From Squalus acanthias (Eukaryota): 64,000 bases of DNA. Where the stretch lies: NCBI GenBank assembly GCA_030390025.1, contig JASTWF010000035.1, positions 4,278,001-4,342,000 of the forward strand, given 5' to 3'. Positions 49,880-61,500 of this stretch are shown in pieces (the first letter of the stretch is position 1; each line of letters begins with the position of its first letter). Below the pieces are notes generated by a model. That model had not been told where the DNA came from. It searched no databases and saw only the letters and a list, made by a program, of their open reading frames with translations. A program made the position numbers and the translations under genes.

Positions 49880-52800
49880 ATCCTCCTCACACTCGCTCCT
49901 TCTCCTCACACTCGCTCCTCCTCACACTCGCTCCTCCTCCTCACACTCGCTCCTCCTCACACTCGCTCCTCCTCCTCACACTCGCTCCTCCTCCTCACAC
50001 TCGCTCCTCCTCACACTCGCTCCTCCTCCTCACACTCGCTCCTTCTCCTCACACTCGCTCCTCCTCCTCACACTCGCTCCGCCTCCTCACACTCGCTCCT
50101 CCTCACACTCGCTCCTCCTCACACTCGCTCCTCCTCCTCACACTCGCTCCTCCTCCTCACACTCGCTCCTCCTCACACTCGCTCCTCCTCACACTCGCTC
50201 CTTCTCCTCACACTCGCTCCTCCTCCTCACACTCGCTCCTCCTCACACTCGCTCCTCCTCACACTCGCTCCTCCTCACACTCGCTCGCTCCTCCTCACAC
50301 TCTCTCCTCCTCACACTCGCTCCTCCTCACACTCGCTCCTTGGGTCAGAGTGATCATAATATGATAGGATTCTTCATTAGGATGGAGAGTGAAGTAGTTG
50401 AATCAGAAACTAGGGTCCTGAATTTAAATAAAGGAAACTACGATGGTGTGAGGCGCGAATTGGGTAGGATTGATTGGGGAATGTCACTCAAGGGGTTGAT
50501 GGTGGATAGGCAATGGCAAACATTCAAAGACTGCATGGATGAACTACAGAATTTGTTCATCCCAGTGTGGCATAAGAATAAAACAAAAAGTGTGACTCAA
50601 CCGTGGCTAACAAGGGAAATTAGGGATAGCATAAGTATTCAAGGAGAGGGCATATAAATTGGCCAGAAAAAGCGGTAACCCTGAGGATTGGGAGCAGTTA
50701 GGATTCAACAAAGGAGGACAAAGGGATTAATTAAGAAGGGGAAAATAGAATATGAAAGTAAGCTTGCTGGGAACATAAAAACTGACTGTAAGAGCTTTTA
50801 TAGATATGTGAAGAGAAAAAGATTAGTGAAATCAAGTGTAGGTCCCTTGCAGTCACAAGCGGGGGAAGTTATAATGGGGAACAAAGAAATGGAAGACCAA
50901 TTAAATGCATATTTTGGTTCTGTCTTCACAAAGGAGGACACAAATAACCTCCCAGAGATGTTGGAGAACATAGGGTCTGATGAAAGGGAGGAACTGAAAG
51001 AAATCAGTATTTGCAAGGAAATGGTGTTAGGGAAATTGAGGGGATTGAAGGCCGATAAATCCCCAGGGCCTGATAATCTACATCCTAGGGTACTTAAGGA
51101 AGTGGCCCTAGAAATAGTAGATGCATTGCTGATCATCTTCCAACATTCGATGGAATCTGGAACTGTACCCATGGATTGGAGGGTAGCTAATGTTACCCCA
51201 CTATTCAAAAAGGGTGGTAGAGAGAAAGCGGGGAATTACAGGTAAGCCTGACATCGGTAGTGGGGAAAATGCTAGAGTCCATTATAAAGGATGTAATAGC
51301 TGAGCACTTGAAAAACAGTGACAGGATCGGACAAAGTCAACATGGATTTACAAAAGGTAAATCGTGCTTGACTAATCTACTGGAATTTTTTGAGGATGTA
51401 ACTGGGAAAATAGATAAGGGAGAACCAGTAGATGTGGTGTATTTGGACTTTCAAAAGGCTTTCGATAAGGTCCCGCATAAGAGATTAGCGTGTAAAGTTA
51501 AGGCACATGGGATTGGGGGCAAGGTATTGACTTGGATAGAGAATTGGTTGGCGGACAGAAAGCAGAGAGTAGGAATTAATGGGTCTTTTCCCGAGTGGCA
51601 AGCAGTGACTAGTGGGGTACCGTAGGGATCGGTCCTTGGACCCCAGCTATTCACAATATACATTAATGATCTAGATAAGGGAACTAAATGTAATATCTCC
51701 AAGTTTGCAGATGACACAAAGCTGGGTGGGCGTGTGTGCTCCGAGGAGGATACTGAGAAACTCCAGGATGATTTGGACAGGTTGGGTGAGTGGGCAGAAG
51801 CGTGGCAGATGCAATATAACGTGGATAAATGCAAGGTTATCCACTTTGGTGTCAAAAACAGAAAGGCAGACTGTTATCTGAATGGCAATAGATTGGGAGA
51901 AGGGGAAGTGCAACGAGACCTGGGTGTCCTTGTGCACCAGTCGCTGAAAGTAAGCATGCAGGTGCAGCAGGCGGTGAAGAAGGCAAATGGTATGTTGGCC
52001 TTCGTAGCGAGAGGATTCGAGTACAGGAACAAGGATGTCTTGCTGCAATTGTACAGGGCCTTAGTGAGACCACACCTTGAGTACTGTGTGCAGCTTTGGT
52101 CGCCTTATCTGAGGAAGGATGTTCTTGCCATGGAAGGAGTTCAGCGAAGATTCACAAGGCTGATACCTGGGATGGCAGGAATGACATATGAGGAGAGATT
52201 GGGTCGATTGGGCTTATACTCGCTGGAGTATAGAAGAATGAGAGGGGATCTCGTCGAAACATAAAATTCTGACAGGTCTGGACAAACTAGATGCAGGAAG
52301 AATGTTCCCGATGGTCGGAGAGTCCAGAACCAGGGGTCATAATCTAAGGATAAGAGGTAAGCCATTTAGGACAGAAATGAGGAAGAATTTCTTCACCCAG
52401 AGAGTGGTGAACCTGTGGAATTCTCTACCACAGAAGATAGTTGAGGCCAAGTCATTAAATATATTTAAGAATGAGTTAGATATATTTCTTAAAGCTAAAG
52501 GTATCAAGGGATATGGGGAGAAGGCAGGTACAGGGTACTGAATTTGGATGATCAGCCATGATCTCATCAAATGGCGGAGCAGGCTCGAGGGGCTGAATGG
52601 CCTACTCCTGCTTCTATCTTCTATGTTGCTATGTTTCCTCACACTCGCTCCTCCTCACACTCGCTCCTCCTCCTCACACTCGCTCCTCCTCACACTCGCT
52701 CCTCCTCACGCTCGCTCCTCCTCCTCACGCTCCTCCTCCTCACACTCGCTCCTCCTCCTCACACTCGCTCTTCCTCACACTCGCTCCTCCTCACACTTGC

Positions 52801-55525
52801 TCCTCCTCCTCACACTCGCTCCTCCTCACACTCGCTCCTCCTCACACTCGCTCCTCCTCCTCACACTCGCTCCTCCTCACACTCGCTCCTCCTCACACTC
52901 GTTCCTCCTCCTCACGCTCCTCCTCACACTCGCTCCTCCTCACACTCGCTCCTCCTCACACTCGCTCCTCCTCACGCTCGCTCCTCCTCACACTCGCTCC
53001 TCCTCCTCACACTCGCTCCTCCTCCTCACGCTCCTCCTCCTCACACTCGCTCCTCCTCCTCACACTCGTTCCTCCTCCTCACACTCGCTCCTCCTCACAC
53101 TCGCTCCTCCTCACACTCGCTCCTCCTCCTCACACTCGCTCCTCCTCACACTCGCTCCTCCTCACGCTCGCTCCTCCTCACGCTCGCTCCTCCTCCTCAC
53201 ACTCGCTCCTCCTCCTCACACTCGCTCCTCCTCCTCACACTCGCTCCTCCTCCTCACGCTCCTCCTCCTCACACTCGTTCCTCCTCCTCACACTCGCTCC
53301 TCCTCACACTCGCTCCTCCTCACACTCGCTCCTTCTCCTCACACTCGCTCCTCCTCACGCTCGCTCCTCCTCCTCACACTCGCTCCTCCTCACGCTCGCT
53401 CCTCCTCACACTCGCTCCTCCTCACACTCGCTCCTCCTCCTCACACTCGCTCCTCCTCACACTCGCTCCTCCTCCTCACACTCGCTCCTCCTCACACTCG
53501 CTCCTCCTCACACTCGCTCCTCCTCACACTCGCTCCTCCTCCTCACACTCGCTCCTCCTCCTCACACTCGCTCCTCCTCACACTCGCTCCTCCTCCTCAC
53601 ACTCGCTCCTCCTCCTCACACTCGCTCCTCCTCACACTCGCTCCTCCTCACACTCGCTCCTCCTCCTCACACTCGCTCCTCCTCACACTCGCTCCTCCTC
53701 CTCACACTCGCTCCTCCTCACACTCGCTCCTCCTCCTCACACTCGCTCCTCCTCCTCACACTCGCTCCTCCTCACACTCGCTCCTCCTCACACTCGCTCC
53801 TCCTCACACTCGCTCCTCCTCCTCACACTCGCTCCTCCTCCTCACACTCGCTCCTCCTCCTCACACTCGCTCCTCCTCACACTCGCTCCTCCTCCTCACA
53901 CTCGCTCCTCCTCCTCACGCTCGCTCCTCCTCACACTCGCTCCTCCTCCTCACACTCGCTCCTCCTCCTCACACTCGCTCCTCCTCCTCACACTCGCTCC
54001 TCCTCACACTCGCTCCTCCTCCTCACACTCGCTCCTCCTCACACTCGCTCCTCCTCCTCACACTCGCTCCTCCTCACACTCGCTCCTCCTCCTTCACACT
54101 CGCTCCTCCTCACACTCGCTCCTCCTCACACTCGCTCCTCCTCCTCACACTCGCTCCTCCTCACACTCGCTCCTTCTTCACACTCGCTCCTCCTCACACT
54201 CGCTCCTCCTCACTCGCTCCTCCTCACACTCGCTCCTCCTCCTCACACTCGCTGCTCCTCACACTCGCTCCTCCTCACACTCGCTCCTCCTCACACTCGC
54301 TCCTCCTCACACTCGCTCCTCCTCCTCACACTCGCTCCTCCTCCTCACACTCGCTGCTCCTCCTCACACTCGCTCCTCCTCCTCACACTCGCTCCTCCTC
54401 CTCACACTCGCTCCTCCTCCTCACACTCGCTCCTCCTCACACTCGCTCCTCCTCACACTCGCTCCTCCTCCTCACATTCACTCCTCCTCACACTCGCTCC
54501 TCCTCCTCACACTCGCTCCTCCTCACACTCGCTCCTCCTCCTCACACTCGCTGCTCCTCACACTCGCTCCTCCTCACACTCGCTCCTCCTCCTCACGCTC
54601 CTCCTCCTCACACTCGCTCCTCCTCCTCACACTCGCTCCTCCTCACACTCGCTCCTCCTCCTCACGCTCCTCCTCCTCACACTCGCTGCTCCTCCTCACA
54701 CTCGCTCCTCCTCACACTCGCTCCTCCTCCTCACGCTCCTCCTCCTCACACTCGCTCCTCCTCCTCACACTCGCTCCTCCTCCTCACACTCGCTCCTCCT
54801 CACACTCGCTCCTCCTCACACTCGCTCCTCCTCCTCACACTCGCTCCTCCTCACACTCGCTCCTCCTCACACTCGCTCCTCCTCACACTCGCTCCTCCTC
54901 ACACTCGCTCCTCCTCCTCACACTCGCTCCTCCTCACACTCGCTCCTCCTCACACTCACTCCTCTTCCTCACACTCGCTCCTCCTCCTCACACTCGCTCC
55001 TCCTCCTCACACTCGCTCCTCCTCCTCACACTCGCTCCTCCTCACACTCGCTCCTCCTCACACTCGCTCCTCCTCACACTCGCTCCTCCTCCTCACACTC
55101 GCTCCTCCTCACACTCGCTCCTCCTCACACTCGCTCCTCCTCCTCACACTCGCTCCTCCTCACACTCGCTCCTCCTCACACTCGCTCCTCCTCACACTCG
55201 CTCCTCCTCACACTCGCTCCTCCTCCTCACACTCACTCCTCTTCCTCACACTCGCTCCTCCTCCTCACACTCGCTCCTCCTCACACTCGCTCCTCCTCCT
55301 CACACTCGCTCCTCCTCACACTCGCTCCTCCTCACACTCGCTCCTCCTCCTCACACTCGCTCCTCCTCACACTCACTCCTCCTCCTCACACTCGCTCCTC
55401 CTCACACTCACTCCTCTTCCTCACACTCGCTCCTCCTCACACTCGCTCCTCCTCCTCACACTCGCTCCTCCTCACACTCGCTCCTCGTCCTCACACTCGC
55501 TCCTCCTCACACTCGCTCCTCCTTC
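49880..55525. repeat. 16/19-bp C-rich minisatellite (ACACTCG(CTC)3-4), interrupted by a CR1
   Basis: 49880-50340 and 52637-55525; starts about 20 bp after the exon F donor. Confidence 0.96.
50341..52636 (+). mobile_element. 5'-truncated CR1 inserted in the C-rich minisatellite
   Basis: GQSDHN through GEKAGTGY with a few frameshifts and stops, then 3' UTR and tail. Confidence 0.93.
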
Positions 55526-55884
55526 CACACTCTCCTCACAGACTCACTCCCCCTCACATTCACCCCGGGGGAATTCCGGCTATTTCAAGGATCAATGGTA
55601 CAGCAACTCCAGGAGCATGTACCCAAAGCTGGGAATTGTGGGAGTTCCTCCCCCTGGATCGAGGGAATGTGTGTGTGGGGGTGACTTTGTGATTGTGGTA
55701 CAGACCCAGCAACCCAGAGTCCATGAGTTCACATCCCACCATCAATTCAACATCTCTGGTGATGGGTGGGCCTGGACCCATTCTCATGGCCTTTGCCGGG
55801 CGGGAACGCAGTGGCAGCGTTCATGGAGCCCAACTTCCCAGCCCTCCTCCAACAGGCCTGCTGCTGCTCTCCACCTACGTCCAC

Positions 55885-56085
55885 CTCTGTAACATCGCCC
55901 GTCTCCACCCCGCCTCAGCTCATCCGCTGCTGAAACCCTCATCCATGCCTTTGTTACCTCCAGACTTGACTATTCCAACGCACGCCTGGCTGGCCTCCCA
56001 CATTCTACCCTCCGTAAACTTGAGCTCATCCAAAACTCGGCCGTCCGAGTCCTAACTCGCACCAAGTCCCGTTCGCCCATCACCT
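55885..56085 (+). mobile_element. L2-like LINE RT C-terminal fragment
   Basis: Translates ...[17 protein letters not shown]...LELIQNSA, a motif characteristic of L2. Confidence 0.75.
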
Positions 56086-56109
56086 GGGGGTCGGGGTCGG
56101 GCGATGAGG

Positions 56110-56890
56110 TCAAAGGTTGGGTGATGGGTGCGGGGTTCGGGATTGGGTGATGGATTCGGGATTGGGATTGGGTGATGGATTCGGGATTGGGATTGGGTTC
56201 GGGTTCGGGATTGGGTTCGGGTTCGGGATTGGGATCGGGTTCGGGATTGGGTTTGAGGTCGGGTTCGGGATTGGGTTCGGGTTCGGGATTGGGTTCGGGT
56301 TCGGGATTGGGATCGGGTTCGGGATTGGGTTTGAGGTCGGGTTCGGGATTGGGTTCGGGTTCGGGATTGGGTTCGGGTTCGGGATTGGGTTTGAGGTCGG
56401 GTTCGGGATTGGGTTCGGGTTCGGGATTGGGTTCGGGTTCGGGATTGGGTTTGAGGTCGGGTTCGGGATTGGGTTCGGGTTCGGGATTGGGTGATGGGTT
56501 CGGGATTGGGTTTGAGGTCGGGTTCGGGATTGGGTTCGGGTTCGGGATTGGGTTCGGGTTCGGGATTGGGATCGGGTTCGGGATTGGGTTTGAGGTCGGG
56601 TTCGGGATTGGGTTCGGGTTCGGGATTGGGTTCGGGTTCGGGATTGGGTTTGAGGTCGGGTTCGGGATTGGGTTCGGGTTCGGGATTGGGTTCGGGTTCG
56701 GGATTGGGTTTGAGGTCGGGTTCGGGATTGGGTTCGGGTTCGGGATTGGGTGATGGGTTCGGGATTGGGTTTGAGGTCGGGATTGGGTGATGGGTTTGGG
56801 ATTGGGTGATGGGTTTGGGATTGGGTGATGGGTTTGGGATTGGGTGATGGGTTTGGGATTGGGTGATGGGTTTGGGATTGGGTGATAGGT
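56110..56890. repeat. GGG-hexamer array (GGGTTC/GGGATT, 60-bp higher-order unit)
   Basis: Lines at 56341, 56401, 56581, 56641 show a 60-bp period; the array ends about 70 bp before exon G. Confidence 0.94.
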
Positions 56891-56960
56891 ACGGGGTTGG
56901 TGTTGGATTAGTTCAGGGTTGAACTCAGTTTTGAGATCTTCATATTTACTCTATTAACAG

Positions 56961-57069
56961 GTTTGTAACAGTAACAGGAACTGCCATTGTGACCCACACT
57001 GGGCGCCTCCCTACTGTGATAAACCTGGCCTAGGAGGCAGCATCGACAGTGGCCCCGTGCACAGAGACA
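56961..57069 (+). CDS. ADAM33: ADAM33-like exon G (EGF-like domain; absent from the ORF track)
   Basis: attaacAG / GTaaga; 109 bp, phase 0/1; [36 protein letters not shown]. Confidence 0.92.
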
Positions 57070-57313
57070 GTAAGAATCACTTCTACACAGTAATCAATAC
57101 AGCTGTACTACGGACTGCTCCTGTCCTCTACATCAAACCCTGGGCGCAAAAATAGCCCAGGCAGATTGGCCGCGGCCTCCAGTAACATTCACACACAACA
57201 GTCAGAGCCTCAATGCTGGCGTGATGTAGCACCGGTTGGAGAGTTATTGGGCAGTGTGATCGTCTCTCCCACTCGCGTCCCACTCACGACCCTCTGTCCA
57301 CTCGAGATAGAAC

Positions 57314-58330
57314 CTCCCGGAGCCGGACACTCCCGGAGCCGGACCCTCCCGGAGCCGGACCCTCCCGGAGCCGGACCCTCCCGGAGCCGGACACTCCCGG
57401 AGCCGTCACTCCCGGAGCCGGACACTCCCGGAGCCGGACCCTCCCGGAGCCGGACCCTCCCGGAGCCGGACCCTCCCGGAGCCGGACACTCCCGGAGCCG
57501 TCACTCCCGGAGCCTGACCCTCCCGGAGCCGGACCCTCCCGGAGCCGGACACTCCCGGAGCCGGACTCTCCCGGAGCCGGACCCTCCCGGAGCCGGACCC
57601 TCCCGGAGCCGGACACTCCCGGAGCCGGACACTCCCGGAGCCGGACACTCCCGGAGCCGGACACTCCCGGAGCCGGACACTCCCGGAGCCGGACACTCCC
57701 GGTGTCGGACACTCCCGGTGCCGGACACTCCCGGAGCCGGACACTCCCGGAGCCGGACACTCTCGGAGCCTGACCCTCCCGGAGCCGGACCCTCCCGGAG
57801 CCGGACCCTCCCGGAGCCGGACCCTCCCGGAGCCGGACCCTCCCGGAGCCGGACCCTCCCGGAGCCGGACCCTCCCGGAGCCGGACCCTCCCGGAGCCGG
57901 ACACTCCCGGAGCCGTCACTCCCGGAGCCTGACCCTCCCGGAGCCGGACCCTCCCGGAGCCGGACACTCCCGGAGCCGGACTCTCCCGGAGCCGGACCCT
58001 CCCGGAGCCGGACCCTCCTGGAGCCGGACACTCCCGGAGCCGGACACTCCCGGAGCCGGACACTCCCGGAGCCGGACACTCCCGGAGCCGGACACTCCCG
58101 GAGCCGGACACTCCCGGTGTCGGACACTCCCGGTGCCGGACACTCCCGGAGCCGGACACTCCCGGAGCCGGACACTCCCGGTGTCGGACACTCCCGGTGC
58201 CGGACACTCCCGGAGCCGGACACTCCCGGTGTCGGACACTCCCGGTGCCGGACACTCCCGGTGCCGGACACTCCTGGTGCCGGACACTCCTGGTGCCGGA
58301 CACTCCCGGTGCCGGACACTCCTGGTGCCC
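57314..58330. repeat. CpG-rich ~16-18-bp minisatellite (CTCCCGGAGCCGGACM)
   Basis: Tandem array in the intron between exons G and H, with two CCGG sites per unit. Confidence 0.95.
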
Positions 58331-58402
58331 GTGGCTTTTGCTGGGTTGCGGGGGAGGGACTGTGTATTTCAGCGTGGATTGACACCTCCGCTCTCCTCAC
58401 AG

Positions 58403-58550
58403 ATCAGAAGGCTCTGTTGATCGGACTCTTATTCACCTTCTTGGTGCTGATCCCAGCCGTCCTGATCAGCCTTTTCTGCTGCTACAAACGCAGGGCAGCG
58501 CTGGGGCAAAGGTGGAAGGATTTCCGGGAAAAAACGGCCAAGGCGGACAG
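58403..58550 (+). CDS. ADAM33: ADAM33-like exon H (transmembrane helix, start of cytoplasmic tail)
   Basis: ctcctcacAG / GTaaag; 148 bp, phase 1/2; (N)QKALLIGLLFTFLVLIPAVLISLFCCYKRRAALGQRWKDFREKTAKAD: hydrophobic stretch followed by basic residues. Confidence 0.88.
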
Positions 58551-58576
58551 GTAAAGAAGGAACTGAATTCACCGAG

Positions 58577-61500
58577 ACCGCGTCACATTGAGCCCGCGTC
58601 ACACTGTGTCACACTGAGCCCGCGTCACACTGTGTCACATTGAGCCCGCGTCACACTGTGTCACATTGAGCCCAGGTCACACTGTGTCACATTGAGCCCG
58701 CGTCACACTGTGTCACACTGAGCCCGCGTCACACTGTGTCACACTGAGCCCGCGTCACACTGTGTCACATTGAGCCCAGGTCACACTGTGTCACATTGAG
58801 CCCGCGTCACACTGTGTCACACTGAGCCCGCGTCACACTGTGTCACACTGAGCCCTCGTCACACTGTGTCACACTGAGCCCGCGTCACACTGTGTCACAC
58901 CGAGTCCACGTCACACTGTGTCACATTGAGCCCGCGTCACACTGTGTCACACTGAGCCCGCGTCACACTGTGTCACACCGAGTCCACGTCACACTGTGTC
59001 ACATTGAGCCCGTGTCACACTGTGTCACACTGAGCCCGCGTCACACTGTGTCACACCGAGTCCACGTCACACTGTGTCACATTGAGCCCGCGTCACACTG
59101 TGTCACACTGAGCCCGCGTCACACTGTGTCACACTGAGCCCGCGTCACACTGTGTCACATTGAGCCCGCGTCACACTGTGTCACACTGAGCCCACGTCAC
59201 ACTGTGTCACACTGAGCCCACGTCACACTGTGTCACATTGAGCCCGCGTCACACTGTGTCACACTGAGCCCGCGTCACACTGTGTCACACTGAGCCCACG
59301 TCACACTGTGTCACATTGAGCCCGCGTCACACTGTGTCACACTGAGCCCGCGTCACATTGAGCCCGCGTCACTCTGTGTCACTCTGAGCCCGCGTCACAC
59401 TGTGTCACACTGAGCCCGCGTCACACTGTCACACTGAGCCCACGTCACACTGTGTCACACTGAGCCCACGTCACACTGTGTCACATTGAGCCCACGTCAC
59501 ACTGTGTCACACTTAGCCCCCGTCACACTGTGTCACACTGAGCCCACGTCACACTGTGTCACATTGAGCCCGCGTCACACTGTGTCACACTGAGCCCACG
59601 TCACACTGTGTCACACTGAGCCCACGTCACACTGTGTCACACTGAGCCCGCGTCACATTGAGCCCGCGTCACACTGTGTCACTCTGAGCCCGCGTCACAC
59701 TGTGTCACATTGAGCCCGCGTCACACTGTGTCACATTGAGCCTGCGTCACACTGTGTCACACTGAGCCCGCGTCACACTGTGTCACACTGAGCCCACGTC
59801 ACACTGTGTCACACTGAGCCCACGTCACACTGTGTCACATTGAGCCCGTGTCACACTGAGCCCCCGTCACACTGTGTCACACTGAGCCCACGTCACACTG
59901 AGCCCGCGTCACACTGTGTCACACTGAGCACACGTCACACTGTGTCACACCGAGCCCGCGTCACACTGTGTCACACCGAGCCCACGTCACACTTTGCCCC
60001 CGTCACACTGTGTCACACTGAGCCCGCGTCACACTGTGTCACACTGAGCCCAGGTCACACTGTGTCACATTGAGCCCGCGTCACACTGTGTCACATTGAG
60101 CCCGTGTCACACTGTGTCACATTGAGCCCGCGTCACACTGTGTCACACTGAGCCCGCGTCACACTGTGTCACACTGAGCCCGCGTCACACTGTGTCACAT
60201 TGAGCCCGCGTCACACTGTGTCACACTGAGCCCGCGTCACACTGTGTCACACTGAGCCCGCGTCACACTGTGTCACATTGAGCCCGCGTCACACTGTGTC
60301 ACACTGAGCCCGCGTCACATTGAGCCCGCGTCACACTGTGTCACTCTGAGCCCGCGTCACACTGTGTCACACTGAGCCCGCGTCACACTGTCACACTGAG
60401 CCCACGTCACACTGTGTCACACTGAGCCCACGTCACACTGTGTCACATTGAGCCCACGTCACACTGTGTCACACTTAGCCCCCGTCACACTGTGTCACAC
60501 TGAGCCCACGTCACACTGTGTCACATTGAGCCCGCGTCACACTGTGTCACACTGAGCCCACGTCACACTGTGTCACACTGAGCCCACGTCACACTGTGTC
60601 ACACTGAGCCCGCGTCACATTGAGCCCGCGTCACACTGTGTCACTCTGAGCCCGCGTCACACTGTGTCACATTGAGCCCGCGTCACACTGTGTCACATTG
60701 AGCCTGCGTCACACTGTGTCACACTGAGCCCGCGTCACACTGTGTCACACTGAGCCCACGTCACACTGTGTCACATTGAGCCCGTGTCACACTGAGCCCC
60801 CGTCACACTGTGTCACACTGAGCCCACGTCACACTGTGCCCCCGTCACACTGAGCCCGCGTCACACTGTGTCACACTGAGCACACGTCACACTGTGTCAC
60901 ACCGAGCCCGCGTCACACTGTGTCACACCGAGCCCACGTCACACTTTGCCCCCGTCACACTGTGTCACACTGAGCCCACGTCACACTGAGCCCGCGTCAC
61001 ACTGTGTCACACTGAGCCCGCGTCACACTGTGTCACACTGAACCCGCGTCACACTGTGTCACACCGAGCCCGCGTCACACTGTGTCACACCGAGCCCACG
61101 TCACACTGTGCCCACGTCACACTGTGTCACACTGAGCCCGCGTCACACTGTGTTACACTGAGCCCGCGTCACATTGTGTCACACTGAGCCCATGTCACAC
61201 TGAGCCCACGTTACACTGAGCACGCATCACACTATGTCACACCAAGCCCACGTCACACCTAGCACGCGTCACACTGTGTCACACCGAGCCCACGTCACAC
61301 TGTGCCCCCATCACACTGTGTCACACTGAGCCCACGTCACACTGTGTCACACTGAGCCCACGTCACACTGTCACACCGAGCCCACGTCACACTGTGCCCG
61401 CGTCACACTGAGCCCACGTCACACTGTGTCACACCGAGCCCGCGTCACACTGTGTCACACCGAGCACACGTCACACTGTGCCCCGTCACACTGTGTCACA

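Noticed and set aside
55560..55885. Unique-looking sequence between the C-rich array and the L2 fragment as a possible extra exon
   Set aside because: Exons F and G already join in phase with no missing domain sequence, and no ADAM-like translation was seen here.
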